Counted from the stretch's first letter, positions 1-12,379 are shown. The stretch is 64,000 nt of DNA from Mobula hypostoma (GCF_963921235.1 NC_086108.1:104224001-104288000); one strand, 5' to 3'. Made by a program: numbers and translations. Notes: generated by a model from the letters alone, not told the origin.

Positions 1-8
1 TCTGCTTC

Positions 9-1324
9 TGTCATGGTCCGGTCCATGAAGTCGGTGTTCCGGTTCACGGTCCGGTCCATTGACCCTTGCTCCAGGTTTTCCTGTCTACCCTGTTTCTGTT
101 CTTGTTGAGCTCTAATTGAGGCAGCTGATGCTCGTTGGGGCTGGCTGCATAAATACCTCCAGAGACCAGGGCGTGGCTGCTGGATTGTTCTTGTCCTTAC
201 TCCTTGCATCCCTTCCTCTGCCTTCTGTTTCCTCTCCTGAAGCCTTACCGGTAACTCTTGCCTCGCCTGAAGTTCTCGTTTTGCCTTGCAATGCCTGAAG
301 CCCTGCCTTGTCTTGCCGGTAACTCTCGCCTCGCCTGAAGTTCTGTCTTGCCTTGCATTGCCTGAAGCCTTGCCTTGTCTTGCCATCTTGTGCTGGAGCC
401 ACCCCGTACCTAGCTCCCTTCCTGTCCCTCGCCTCCGTTGGGTAAGTCAGGCTGTCTTGCCGTTACCTGTGGTTGGTTCTGTCCCTTCCTGTCTCTTGCC
501 TCTGTTGGGGAAGTGAGGCAATCTTGCCATTATCTGCAGTTGGTTCTGTCCCTTCATGTCCCCTGCCTCCGTCGGGTAAGCCAGGCCGTATTGCCGTTAC
601 CTGTGGTTGATTCTGTCCCTTCCTGTCCCTTGCCTCCATCGGGTGGAGATCCATGCCCTGCCCAGGAGGAGCTTCCAGTCTCCTAACTCCAGCCTCCAGC
701 CTCGCATCACCTCAAGTCTCCTGCTGCTGCCAAGCCTCGCCTTGAGTCTCTAGCCTCAAGCCTGAAGACTCCAGCCTCCTGCCTAGCCTCAAGCCTGAAG
801 ACAGCTTCCAGTCTCCTGCCTCCAGCCTCCATCCTCGCCTCGCCTCGTCTCCTGCCTCCTGCCAAGCCTTGCCTCAAGTTTCTAGCCTCTAGCCTCAAGC
901 CTGAAGACTCCAGCCTCCTGCCAAGCCTCGCCTCCAGCCTCTAGCCTCAAGCCTGAAAACTCCAGCCTCCTGCTTCCTGCCAAGCCTCGTCTCTAGCCTC
1001 TAGCCTGAAGACACCAGCCTCCAGCCTCCTGCCAAGCCTCGCCTCAAGTCTCCAAGACTCCAACCTCATCCTGCCTGCCAGCCAAGCCTCATCCTTGCCT
1101 AGTTCTGGGGTCCGAGCCAGAGGCAAGACCCAGGTACTGGGTCCTTGTCCAGTCTTTGGCTCGGAGTCCAAGCCCGGGCTCCTAGCTCTCTTCTCCAGTC
1201 CTGTTCCGGGCTCCCAGTTTTCGTGTCCCTGTCCTTGCCCTCACCCTGTATCCTAGTCCTGTCCCTAGTACTTCAGTGTCTGTGTCTTGCACTTGGGTCC
1301 GTTCCCAGCCACCTCCTTATGACA
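9..1324 (+). mobile_element. Solo LTR (Gypsy-type) with internal minisatellite-like expansions
   Basis: TGTCAT...ATGACA inverted termini; 5-bp flanks gcttc (4-8) and gcctc (1325-1329), one mismatch; TATA-like gcataaata near 147; strand tentative. Confidence 0.7.
685..1100. repeat. Degenerate tandem array (ccagcctcctgccaagcctcgcctcaagcctgaagac-like units) inside the LTR
   Basis: Recurrent gcctcaagcctgaagac and ccagcctcc motifs; source of the spurious RLEA-repeat ORFs. Confidence 0.8.
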
Positions 1325-2359
1325 GCCTCTTCACTTTTGATCACAATTAGCCTTACTGTAAACACTCCACTGACGTTGAGATTTCTGGAATACTTGTCAG
1401 TTCTCATTCCTGAAGGGAGCGTCCTTTCCACGGGAACTAGTTTGGTACCAGTGTTTGCCAGCCCATCCCACTGGAGTTGACCTGTGTTGATGTAGGTGTG
1501 CACATTTAATTACCGAGGACTCATCGTAATTAGCACCGATGGAAAGAGAATGGATAGCCTGTGAGGAGAGATTGGAGAGGCTGGTTTTATTCTACCTGGA
1601 GTGGAGGAGGTTAAGAAGGGACAGGATTGAGATTGGTAAATGTCTGGGGGATCTAGATAGGATAGACTTTAGGAAATTTCTTCCCTTGATAAACCTGAGA
1701 ATCAAGACTCATTTATTTATCACGTGTACATTGAAACATACGTGCAGTGCGATGTTGTATTAGTTTTAACAACCAACACACCCGAGGGTGTTACCACACA
1801 TTCCGGTGCCAACATAGCATGTCCACAATGCTTGGCTGAACAACACAGAACACAAACAACAAAACAACAATGGCATAATAAGCCTGTTTCACCCTCCCAC
1901 CCGCTAACCATAGACCGTTTGTATTCTTCAGCCTGCAGCCTCCAGCGGACCTGGATTCAGAGACATTGGACCTTTGACTACCCCAGCGGCCAGAGGAATC
2001 CAGAGGACATAGAATTAGGGCAAGGGGAAGATGGTAGAGGGGATCTGAAGGGTCCACCTTCAGCCAGAGAGTGTTAAGTACCTGAAATACAGTGACTGAG
2101 ACCATAAGACGTAGGAACAGAATTAGGCTGTTGGGCCCGTCAATGTTCCACCACTCCTGGTAGTGGAAGCAATGGCACTGGGAGCTTTTTGTGTCCAGAC
2201 GAGCAATTGAGTCACCCAGGCATGGAAGGCTACAGGCCAAGAACTGGGAGATGGGATTGGTATGGATGGGTATCCACTGGTTGAGGTGCACATGCAGAGC
2301 CGAATGGTCCATTTCTTTGAAGCTCAACTCTAAAATCTAGCCTCCCTTAAACACAATAG

Positions 2360-2525
2360 TGATGCTCGAAATCCAGAGCACACACACAAAATGTTGGAGG
2401 AACTCAGCAGGTCAGGCAGCATCTATGGAGGGGAATAAACTGTCGACATTTTGGGCTGAGACCCTCCCTCAGACCTGAAACTTTGACTAATTATTCCTTT
2501 CCATAGATGCTGCCTGATTTACTGA
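2360..2525. mobile_element. Old Penelope 3'-end fold-back fragment
   Basis: caggcagcatctatggagggga ... tcctttccatagatgctgcctga inverted arms meeting at a decayed hammerhead region (gagaccctccctcagacctgaaac). Confidence 0.65.
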
Positions 2526-3109
2526 CTGGCCTCTCATCTGTTTGGCAGTGATATCTGGGATAACCTGTCCCTGAACTCTGCAAAATAATGTCTTCTTTCT
2601 AAATTTGAATACTAACAAAAATATAGCAGTCATGTTTAAAATCTGCAATTAATTTAATGTTTTCAGTTCCCCTTGGCTACAGGAATGTTTTGGACTTTCA
2701 TTCCTGGAAATTCTGGCTCTAATTTTAGACCCCTGTTGTGTAAGTCTGGCTTTATACCTTCTTGTTGCAATAAAAGGAAATGTGGGTTTTGGCTTCATAT
2801 CAGTCCTTCTCAAAACCCAAGTCTTCTTGATTTAAATCAAATATTTTCAATTGTGGTGTTGTCAGATTAGCAGTTGATTTGAGGCTGTTTAAGTTCCTAA
2901 AGCATCTCGTGTCTGAGTCAGAATACTCTGAGTTGAAACATCTCTCCAGACGTTGAGTCTGCATTTTTGGCTGGCACACCAGAGGACTTCTCCCATTACT
3001 GCCTCATGACAGAAATCAGAATCAGGTTTATCATCATTCTTGTGTGTCATGAAATTTGAATCTTGTGTCAGCAGCACAGTGCAAAGATAGTAGTATAAAC
3101 TGCAAAATG

Positions 3110-3335
3110 AATAGGCTAGCGCAGTACCATAGCGGTTAACACAGTTGTTTCACAGCAACAGCAATCACTGATTGGAGGTTCGATCCCCTCCACTATTCGA
3201 AAGGAGTTTGTACATTCTCCCAGAGACTACGTTGGCTTCCTCCGGGTGGTTTCCACCCACATTCCGAAGATGTAAGGGTTAATAGGTTAATTGGCCACAA
3301 TGGTATAATGGGCAGCATGGATATGTTGGGCCAGC
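3110..3335 (+). mobile_element. HE1/V-SINE-like SINE (old)
   Basis: tRNA-like head with ggttcgatcccc B box; core ttcctccgggtggtttccacccaca. Confidence 0.6.
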
Positions 3336-3419
3336 ATAGGGATATGAGGTAGTGTTCATAGGTTCATGGACCGTTCAGACATTCAGAAATCTGATGATGG
3401 AGGGGAATAAGCTGCTTCT

Positions 3420-4583
3420 GATTCTGACGCAATAGCCACTGCTCTACGCACCGTCCTTACACATCTGGAGAAGAGGGATGCTTATGTGAGAATGCTGTTC
3501 TTGGACTACAGTTCAGTATTCAGCACCATAGTTCCCTCCAGGCTTGACAAGAAGTTCAGAGACCTCGGCCTTCACCCTGCCTTGTGTAGCTGGATCCTGG
3601 ACTTCCTGTCAGATCGCTGGCAGGTGGTAAGAGCGGGCTCCCTCACCTCTGCCACTCTGACCCTCAACACAGGTGCCCCTCAGGGCTGTGTCCTAAACCT
3701 ACTTCTTTACTCTTTGTATTCCCATGACTGTGTCACCACTCACAGCTCCAATCTGCTAATTAAATTTGCTGATGACACTACACTGATTGGCCTAATCTCA
3801 AATAATAATGGGGCGGCCTATAGAGAGGAAGTCATCACCCTGACACAGTGGTGTCAAGAAAACAATCTCTCCCTCAATGTCGCAAAAACAAAAGAGCTAG
3901 TGTGGACTACAGGAGGAATGGAGACGGGCTAATCCCTATAGACATCAATGGATCTGGGGTTGAGAGGATGAACAGCTTTAAATTCCTCGGCATAAACATA
4001 ACCGAGGATCTCACATGGTCTGTACATACCGGCTGTGCAGTGAAGAAGGCACAATGATTGAAGAAGTTTGGTATGGACCCCCAAATTCTAAGAACTTTCT
4101 ATAGGGGCATGATTGAGATCATCATGACTGGCTGCATCACTGCCTGGTATGGGAACTGTACTTTCCTTAATCGCAGGAGTCTGCAGAGAGTGGTACGGAC
4201 AGCCCAGCGCATCTATAGTGAACTTCCCACTAATCAGGACACTTATGAAGACAGGCGTGTAAAAAGGGCCCGAAGGATCATTGGAGACCTGAGTCACCCC
4301 AACCACAAACTGTTCCAGCTGCTACTAACCGGGAAATGGTACCGCAGCATAAAAGCCAGGACCAACAGGCTCCGGGACAGCTTCTTCCACCAGGCCATCA
4401 GACTGATTAATTCATGCTGACGCTACTGTATTTCTGTGTTATATTGACTATCCTGTTGTACATAATATTTATTATAAATTGCTATAATTGCACATTGCAC
4501 GTTTGAACGGAGACGTAATGTAAAGATTTTTACTCCTCATGTATGTGAAGGAGGTTAGTAAGAAAGTCAATTCAATTCAATTC
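3420..4583 (+). mobile_element. Rex1/Babar-like non-LTR retrotransposon, 5'-truncated, frameshifted RT
   Basis: LFLDYSSVFSTI, TGAPQGCVL and KFADDT motifs in ORFs 3486-4420; (ttcaa)n tail. Confidence 0.85.
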
Positions 4584-4799
4584 AGAGAATTCCATAGATT
4601 CAGCACTCTCTGGGAAAGTCAGTTTCTTCTCACTTCCATCCTAAATTTACTCCCCTGAATCTTGAGGCTAGTTCTAGTCTCACTTACTAGTGGAAACAAT
4701 TTTCCTGCCTCTGTCTTATCTATCCCTTTCATAATTTTATATGTTTCTATAAGATCTCCTCTCATTCTCCCGAATCCCATTGAGTTTGAGGAGATTTAG

Positions 4800-5056
4800 T
4801 TTGTCACCTTGAAAACTTCTACAGCTGTACCGTGGAGAGCATTCTGACTGGCTGCATCACTGTCTGGATGGGGGTGGGGCGGTGGTGGTAGAGGGGCTAC
4901 TGCACAGGAACATAGCAAGCTGCAAAGAGCTGTAAGATTAGTCAGCTCCATTATGAGTACTCGCCTCTGTAGTATCCGGGAGATCTTCAAGGAGCGGTGC
5001 CTCAGAAAGGTGACGTCCATCATTAAGGACCCCTGTCACCCAGGACATGTCCTCTT
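4800..5056 (+). mobile_element. Rex1-like 3' fragment (left half, continues at ~8533-8740)
   Basis: ESILTGCITVW-type coding; ...cacccaggacatgtcctctt resumes as ctcattgttagcatcaggaaggaggtacaggagc after the nested CR1. Confidence 0.7.
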
Positions 5057-8000
5057 AGAACCATAGAACACTACAGCACAGAAAACAGGCCATTCAGCCC
5101 TTCTAGTCTGTGCCGAAACATTATTCCGCTAGTCCCATTGACCCGCACCCAGTCCATATCCCTCCAGACCTCTCCCATCCATGTATCTATCCAATTTATT
5201 CTTAAAACCTAAGAGTGAGCCGGCATTTACCCCATCAGATGGCAGCCCGTTCCACACTCCTACCACTATCTGAGTGAAGAAGTTCCCCCCAATGTTCCCC
5301 CTAAACCTTTCCCCTTTCACCCTAAAGCCATGTCCTCTCGTATTTATCTCTCCTAATCTAAGTGGAAAGAGCCTATTCACATTTACTCTGTCTATACCCC
5401 TCATAATTTTGTAAACCTTTATCAAATCTCCCCTCATTCTCCTACGCTCCAAGGAGTAAAGTCCTAACCTGTTCAATCTTTCCCTGTAACTCAGCTCCTG
5501 AAGACCTGGTAACATCCTAGTAAATCTTCTCTGCACTCTTTCAGTCTTACCGATATCCTTCCTATAGCTAAGTGACCAGAACTGTACACAATACTCCAAA
5601 TTTGGCCTCACCAATGTCTTATACAACCTCCCCATAACATCCCAACTCCTATACTCAATACTTTGATTTATGAATACCAGGATGCCAAAAGCTTTCTTTA
5701 CAACCCTGTCTACCTGTGACACCACTTTCAGGGAATTATGTATCTGAATTCCCAGATCTCTTTGTTCCTCCGCACTCTTCAGTGCCCTACCATTTACTGT
5801 GTATGTCCTACCTCGGTTTGTCCTTCTAAAATGTAACACCTCACACTTGTCTGCATTAAATTCCATCTGCCACTTTCTGGCCCATCCCTCCAGTTGGTCC
5901 AGATCCCTCTGCAAGCTTTGAAAGCCTTCCTTGCGGTTCGCAACGCCTCCAATCTTAGTGTCATCAGCAAACTTGCTGATCCAATTTACCACATTATTAT
6001 CTAGATCATTGATATAGACAACAAACAACAATGGTCCCAGCACAGATCCCTGAGACACACCACTAGTCACAGGCTTCCAGTCTGAGAAGCAATCATCCAC
6101 TACCACTCTATGTCTTGTCCCACACAGCCAATTTCGAATCCAGTTTACAACTCTCCATGGATACCTAGTGTCTGAACCTTCATAACTAATCTCCCATGTA
6201 GCACCTTGTCAAATGCCTTACTAAAGTCCATGTAGACAACATCCACAGCCTTTCCCTCATCTACTTTCTTGGTAACCTCCTCGAAAAACTCTACAAGATT
6301 CGTTAAACACCATCTAACAGGCACAAAGCCATGCTGACTATCCTTAATCAGCCCTTGGCTGTCCAAATACTTGTATATCCGATCTCTCAGAACACCTTCC
6401 AATAATTTACCTACTACTGATGTCAGGCTCACCGGCCTGTAATTACCTGGTTTACTTTTGGAGCATTGTTTAAACAATGGAACACCATGAGCTACCCTCC
6501 AATCCTTCGGCACCATTCCCGTGGCTAAGGACATTTTAAGTATTTCTGCCTGGGCCCCTTCAATTTCTACACTAGTCTCTCTCAAGGTCCGAGGAAATAT
6601 CATGTTAGGCCTGGGGGACTTATCAGCCTTTATTCACTGTAAGGAAGCAAGCACCTCCTCCTCTTTAATCTCTATATGTTCTATGACACTGCTGCTTGTT
6701 TCCCTTCCTTTCATATATGCTATGCCAGTTTCCTGAGTAAATATTGATGCTGTTACGTACCCCGTAACTGGGTTGCCAAGCCAGCAGAAATGGATCACTC
6801 AGTTGGAGTCTGGATTACTGGAACTAAGAAAGTTTTATTAAAGAAATAAGCAACACAGTACTCTAATAGTAAGGATATAAATGCAACAGGTTAGCACTGA
6901 ATAAACACACATGTACACAGACCTAGGATAATAGGATCAATCAAGCTCTATCGCAGTCTAGGGGTAAAATGTTCAATCACAAGTGACAGAGTTCAGTTTA
7001 GTTCAGTTCGCAGCAATCATTGTTGTGCCATTGAAGAGAGAGAGAGAGCGAATGCTGATATTCAAAATCGGATTCAACAGTCCTTTGATATTTCTCGCAG
7101 TTAGCTTTCGGGCGAGCCCTTTGTAATGTCTTCTGAGGTCACCGACTGTGACCCCTCCATTTCAGATATGATCGTTCCTCTGCGGTGAACCCGGCACCCA
7201 GGCAAGGGTGGACACACATACCAGGTTCCCGCTGACCGAATCTTTCCACCCTGCGCGTCTATGGCTGGTCCCATGACCAGCCCTCCAAAACTCCCACCGA
7301 CTTGTGGGGGCGCACCGCTTCCAGGGTCTTGATGCCTCGTGGTGTCGTGATTGGTGTCTCGTGTGGTGTCTGTTGCCTTAGCGAACCCGTCCCTTTTTAT
7401 CCCCCTGTTGGGGTATTGCCTGTCCATCACTTCAAACAGTTCAGGTTCAAAGCAAACCAGTCTTGACAATACCCAGACCGGTGTCTCCTTCTGTTAATCT
7501 CTCTCGTCTCTTGATTAACATTTCCAAATGCTGCTCCATTGTCTTACTTATCTCTCTCCTGAAGACAGGTGGCAGATCAACTGTTGATCCCACTGGTGAT
7601 AGCACAGGACAGTCAACATCTTAGTCTATGTGTACTTTCGTCACAATGCAAAAAAATTGTTTAAGATCTTCCCCATCTCGTGAGGCTCCACACATAGACG
7701 ACCACTTTGAGCTTCTGGGAGACCAATTTTGTCCCTTACTATCCTTTCACTCTTAATATACTTGTAAAAAACCCTTTGGGTTTACCTTCACATTATCTGC
7801 CAAAGCAACCTCATGTCTTCCTTTTGCCTTCCTGATTTCCTTCTTTAGTATTTTCTTACATTTTCTATACTCTTCAAGTACCTCATTTGTTCCTTGTTGC
7901 CTATACCTGCAATACACCTCTCTTTTTCTTAACCAGATCACCAATATCCCTTGAAAACCAAGGTTCCCTATGCCTGGTAACTTTGCCTTTAATCTTAGCA

Positions 8001-8260
8001 GGAACATGCAAACTCTGCACTCTCCAAATCTCGCCTTTGAATGCCTTCCACATTCTGAACACATCCTTGCCAGAAAACAACTTATCCCAATCCACTCTTC
8101 CTAGATCCTTTCTCATTTCTTCAAAATTGGCCCTTCTCCAATTCAGAACCTTAACTCGAGGACCAGACCTATCCTTATCCATCATTAACTTGAAACTAAT
8201 CATGCTATGGTCACTGGACCCAAAATGTTCACCTACACATACTTCTGTCACCTGACCTGT
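5057..8260 (-). mobile_element. CR1 LINE, 5'-truncated (RT and part of the endonuclease), interrupted by a solo LTR
   Basis: ORFs 5129-6106 (QGSVLGPLLF, KFADDTK) and 6145-6603 (NYRPVSLTS); ttctatgg-type tail at 5057-5070. Confidence 0.95.
6751..7645. mobile_element. Solo LTR (895 bp) inserted in CR1
   Basis: TGTTACG...CGTCACA termini; 4-bp TSD atgc (6747-6750, 7646-7649); CR1 sequence is continuous across it. Confidence 0.9.
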
Positions 8261-8276
8261 CTTCTCATTGTTAGCA

Positions 8277-8532
8277 ACACACATCAAAGTTGCTGGTGAA
8301 CGCAGCAGGCCAGGCAGCATCTCTAGGAAGAGGTACAGTCGACGTTTCAGGCTTTAAAATCAGATTTAAAATTCTTACTAGCTCTTCCTTCAGTTAGTCC
8401 TGACGAAGGGTCTCGGCCTGAAACGTCGACTGTACCTCTTCCTAGAGATGCTGCCTGGCCTGCTGCATTCACCAGCAACTTTGATGTGTGTTGCTTGAAT
8501 TTCCAGCATCTGCAGAATTCCTCGTGTTTGCG
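8277..8532. mobile_element. Penelope-derived fold-back mini-insertion carrying a hammerhead
   Basis: TSD ttctcattgttagca (8262-8276, 8533-8547); inverted arms of the Penelope 3' terminus. Confidence 0.9.
8396..8431 (+). ncRNA. Minimal type I hammerhead ribozyme motif
   Basis: agtc|CTGACGA|agggtctcggcct|GAAAC|GTC|gact: stem I agtc/gact, conserved core, loopless palindromic ACGT stem III; predicted cut after 8427. Confidence 0.8.
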
Positions 8533-9290
8533 TTCTCATTGTTAGCATCAGGAAGGAGGTACAGGAGCCTGAAGGCACACACTCTGCGATTGAGGAACAG
8601 CTTCTTCCCCTCTGCCTTCTGATTTCTAAAGGGACATTGAACCCACTAACAGTACCTCACAATTAAAAAAACAATCTGTTTTTTGCACTACTTATCCTAA
8701 TTTAACTGTTTCAATACAAATTTCAGTACATATGCCGGTGACATTATTGACATTGGCTGAAGAAGCTGGCACCCATCGTTGAGGACACTCAGCAACTGGG
8801 ACGTGCGCTCTGCTCGTTACCACCATCAGAGATGAGATACAGGAGCCTGGTGATCCACACTCAATGGCTTCTTTCCCTCCACCATTTGATTTCTGAATAG
8901 ACCATCAAACCATGAAACCTAGCTCACTATTCCTCTTTTTTGCATTATTCATTTATTTTTATTGTATTTAAAGTAATTTTTTGGAGTCTTGGACAGTACT
9001 GTTGCCACAACATATGGCAGCAATTATAAACCTGATCCTGATTGTTTAAATTAGTGAGGAATATTGAAGCCAGGTCTAATCATCCTGAAAAATAACCCTT
9101 TCACTGGCTCGAACCTGTGATCGCAGATTGCTCTCACGATTTAATTTAAAATACCATGTTAGATTTCTATTGTTTTCTATTTTAACTTCATTTGAAATTC
9201 TCCAGGTAGAAACCTTCTCAGGCTGTACTTGGGTAACAAATAGGTTCTGTTTTTGCAGGCATCCATAAGTGAAATTTGTCTGTAGGTCAG

Positions 9291-9770
9291 AAGCATCCAT
9301 TATCAGGGACCCCCGCCACCCAGGCCATGCTCTTTTCTTGCTGCTGCCATCAGGAAGAGGTACAGGAGCCTCAGGACTCACACCATCAGTTTCAGGAGCA
9401 GTTATTAGCCCTCAAGCATCAGCTCTTGAACCAAAGGGGATAACTTCACTCAACTTCACTTGCCCCACAACCAAATGTTCCCAGAACCAAAGGAGTAACT
9501 TTCAAGGACTCTTCATCTCATATTCTCGATATTTATTGCCTATTTATTTATTATCATTAGTCCTTTCTTTTTGTATTTGCACAGTTTGCAGTCTTTTGCA
9601 CACTGGTTGAAGGGGCTAGTTGGGCAGTCTTTCACTGATTCCATTATGGTTATTATTCTATAGATTTATTGAGTATGCCCTGCAAGAAAATTAATTTCAG
9701 GCTGTATATGATGACATACGAATATGTACTTTGATAATAACCTTATCTTGAACTTTTAACTTTTAACATT
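9291..9770 (+). mobile_element. Rex1-like 3' fragment
   Basis: SIIRDPRHPGHALFLLLPSGR motif; (ttttaac)-like tail. Confidence 0.75.
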
Positions 9771-10128
9771 TAATTTTGTTTGAAATTCTTCAGATGGAAA
9801 CTTTGTCAGACCGTCTCGGGTAACTAATGGGTTCCGTTTGTTCAGGCATCCGTAGATCAATTTGTCTGCAGGTCAGAAGGTAACCATGGTAACCAGATCT
9901 CCACAGTGTTGTAATAAATGGCATCAAGAACACATAGGAATAGCTCCTAAAAAGGAGCGAGAGAAGGGAAACTGGTTCTGCTATCACAAAGAATTTTTTT
10001 AGAGGAATTCAGCTGGTCAAACATTAATGTTTCGGGACAGAGCTCCTCCAGCAAATTGTTTGTGGCTCCAGATTCTAGCGGCTCTAATCTCTTGTGTCTG
10101 CCGTTTGTATGTATGTATATCAGATTTT

Positions 10129-10565
10129 TAAAAAAATATTCTTTTTATTTTTTTTATTGAAAAAAACAAAAATAAACAGTACATCTACAAAAACCATGAC
10201 CTTAACAAAATCTAATTAAATATTGAGCAGCAAAAAGGAAAAAAATATAAAGGCAAAAGTAAACATACACAGCAGAGGTGCACCACACCAAAAAACCTCA
10301 GTCCTCACCCCGTAAGGAAGTCCAATACAGGGCCCCATATCCTTTCAAAGATGTCCCCTCTGTCCTCATTATATAGTCTCAGTCTCTCCAAATGTAAAGT
10401 ATTTGCCAGTTCTCTCTGCCACAGATCGTACATAGACACAGAGTCCATTTTCCACATTTGCAGGATTAACTTCTTAGCAATCACCATGCCAAACAATACA
10501 GCCATTTTTTCACACTCATTGGCTGAAGATAGGGGGCTTGCTGCTCTAAGGATGGCTATGAGTGG
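10129..10565 (-). mobile_element. L1/Tx1 3' end with poly(A)
   Basis: ORF2 C-terminus (AKKLILQMWK...IFERIWGP); T-rich tail on +; 14-bp TSD gtatatcagatttt (10115-10128, 10566-10579). Confidence 0.9.
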
Positions 10566-10599
10566 GTATATCAGATTTTGGATTTTAACAATAGACCGA

Positions 10600-11410
10600 A
10601 AGACCATAAAACATAGGAGCAGAATTAGGCCGTTCAGTCCATTGTGACTGCTCCACCATTCCATCATGGCTGATTTTTTTTTAATCCTTTCATTATCCTG
10701 TCTTCTCCCCCATAACCTCTGGCACCTTTTCTAATCAAGAACCTAATAAATTCCTCTTTAGATATACCGAATGACTTGGTCTCCACAAACACCTGTGCCA
10801 ATGTATTCTACAGATTCACCACCGTCTGACTAAAGAAATTCCTCCTCATCTCTGCTCCAAAGGGATGCCCCTCTAATTTGAGGCTGTGCACTCTGGTCCT
10901 AGACTTCTGTATTACTGTATAGGAAACATCCTCTCCACGTCCACTCCTGGCCATTCAGTATCCAATGGATTTCAATGAGATCCCCCCTCATTCTTCTAAA
11001 CTCTAATGAGTACAGGTCCAGAGCCATCAAACACTCCTCGTACATTAACACTTTAGTTCTGGAACAATTCTTGTGAACTTCCTTTGAACCCTCTTCGACG
11101 TCAGCACATCCTTTATACTTTATACTTTATTGTCGCCAAACAATTGATACTAGTACGTACAATCATCACAGCGATATTTGATTCTGCGCTTCCCGCTCCC
11201 TGGATTACAAATCGATAGTAAATATTAAAAATTTAAATTATAAATCATAAATAGAAAATATAAAAATGTAAAGTAAGGTAGTGCAAAAAAAACAAGATGC
11301 AGGTCCGGATATTTGGAGGGTGCGGCCCAGATCCAGGGCTCAAAACTGCTCACAATACTCCATGTGCTGTCTGACCAATGCCGTATAAACCCACAACATT
11401 ACATCTTTGA
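10600..11410 (-). mobile_element. Old CR1 3' fragment interrupted by a Rex1-like tail (~11112-11335)
   Basis: CR1 3' UTR ataggagcagaattaggcc; (tatactt) tail inside. Confidence 0.7.
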
Positions 11411-11609
11411 ATATTATAAGAGGGCGTTCATATGTAGGGGTGACTATAAATAGAGAGTTCCTAATCTGTCCTGTATGTGATTCTACTAAAGCAACTTACA
11501 TTAAATTGTTAGAAATATAGTACGCAAGAAGCATTAACTCTACTTTACAGAGATAGGCTCGACTGTAACATGCATTTTACCCTACAAATCTCCTCATAAT
11601 ATCTTTATT

Positions 11610-12040
11610 ATAAGATATTGGGAGGTTTAGATAGAGTGGATGTGCAGAGAATGTTTCCAATAGTAACTAAAGGGTTAGCGTGAGAGGAGCATTTGATGGC
11701 CCTGGGCCCGTATTTGCTGGAATTTAGAAGAATGAAGGGATCTTTTTGAAACCTACCGAATATTGAAAGACCTAAACAGAGTGGATGTGGGGTGGATATT
11801 TCCAATAGTGGGTGAGTCTAGGACCAGAGAGCACAGTCTCAGAATAGAAGATTGTCTCTAGAACAGAGGTGAGGAATAATTTGGGGGAGGTGAATCTGTG
11901 GACCCCAAGCCATGGGGTATATTTAAAGTGGAGGTTGATCGGTTCTTGATAAGTAAGGGTGTCAAAGATTGTGGGGAGAAGGCAGGAGAATGGGATAGTT
12001 TGAGAGGGATAATAAATCAGCCATGATGGAGTGGGAAGCA
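11610..12040 (+). mobile_element. Old CR1 3' fragments
   Basis: gagtctaggaccagagagcacagtctcagaatag and CR1 3' UTR. Confidence 0.65.
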
Positions 12041-12379
12041 GAAGTCTGTATGAGGTGTATGGGTACAAAGAGGATTTCTTTGGAAAGTTATCAAGGTGAA
12101 AGCTCCTTCCTTTTCAGTTACATGAAAAATGCATTCAGGTAAGGAACCAGTGAATTCAAAAACAAATAAGAGTCTGAAATAAAACCAGGAAATAGTTGTA
12201 TCACTCTGCAGGTCAGTCTGTCTCTGTGAAGAGAGACAGTCATTACCAAATAACTGCTCTCTGACAACTTGTAATTGTTATCTGATCACACTTTATTTAC
12301 CAACACACAGGGGGAACAGTCAGACCCTGTCTCCAAGGTGTTCTAAACTTCAGCTCAATGTGAAACAATTTGTCACCTG

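Noticed and set aside
707..1171. RLEA-repeat ORFs
   Set aside because: Translation artefacts of a tandem repeat in an LTR
8277..8532. Recurrent gtttcagg...ctgaaac palindromic repeats as a CRISPR array
   Set aside because: Copies are dispersed, have no regular spacers or cas genes, sit in a eukaryotic context, and are explained by Penelope termini and hammerhead stems
9790..9880. Antigen-receptor J-segment-like KLIYG on the minus strand
   Set aside because: No FGXG/WGXG motif and no recombination signal heptamer/nonamer seen
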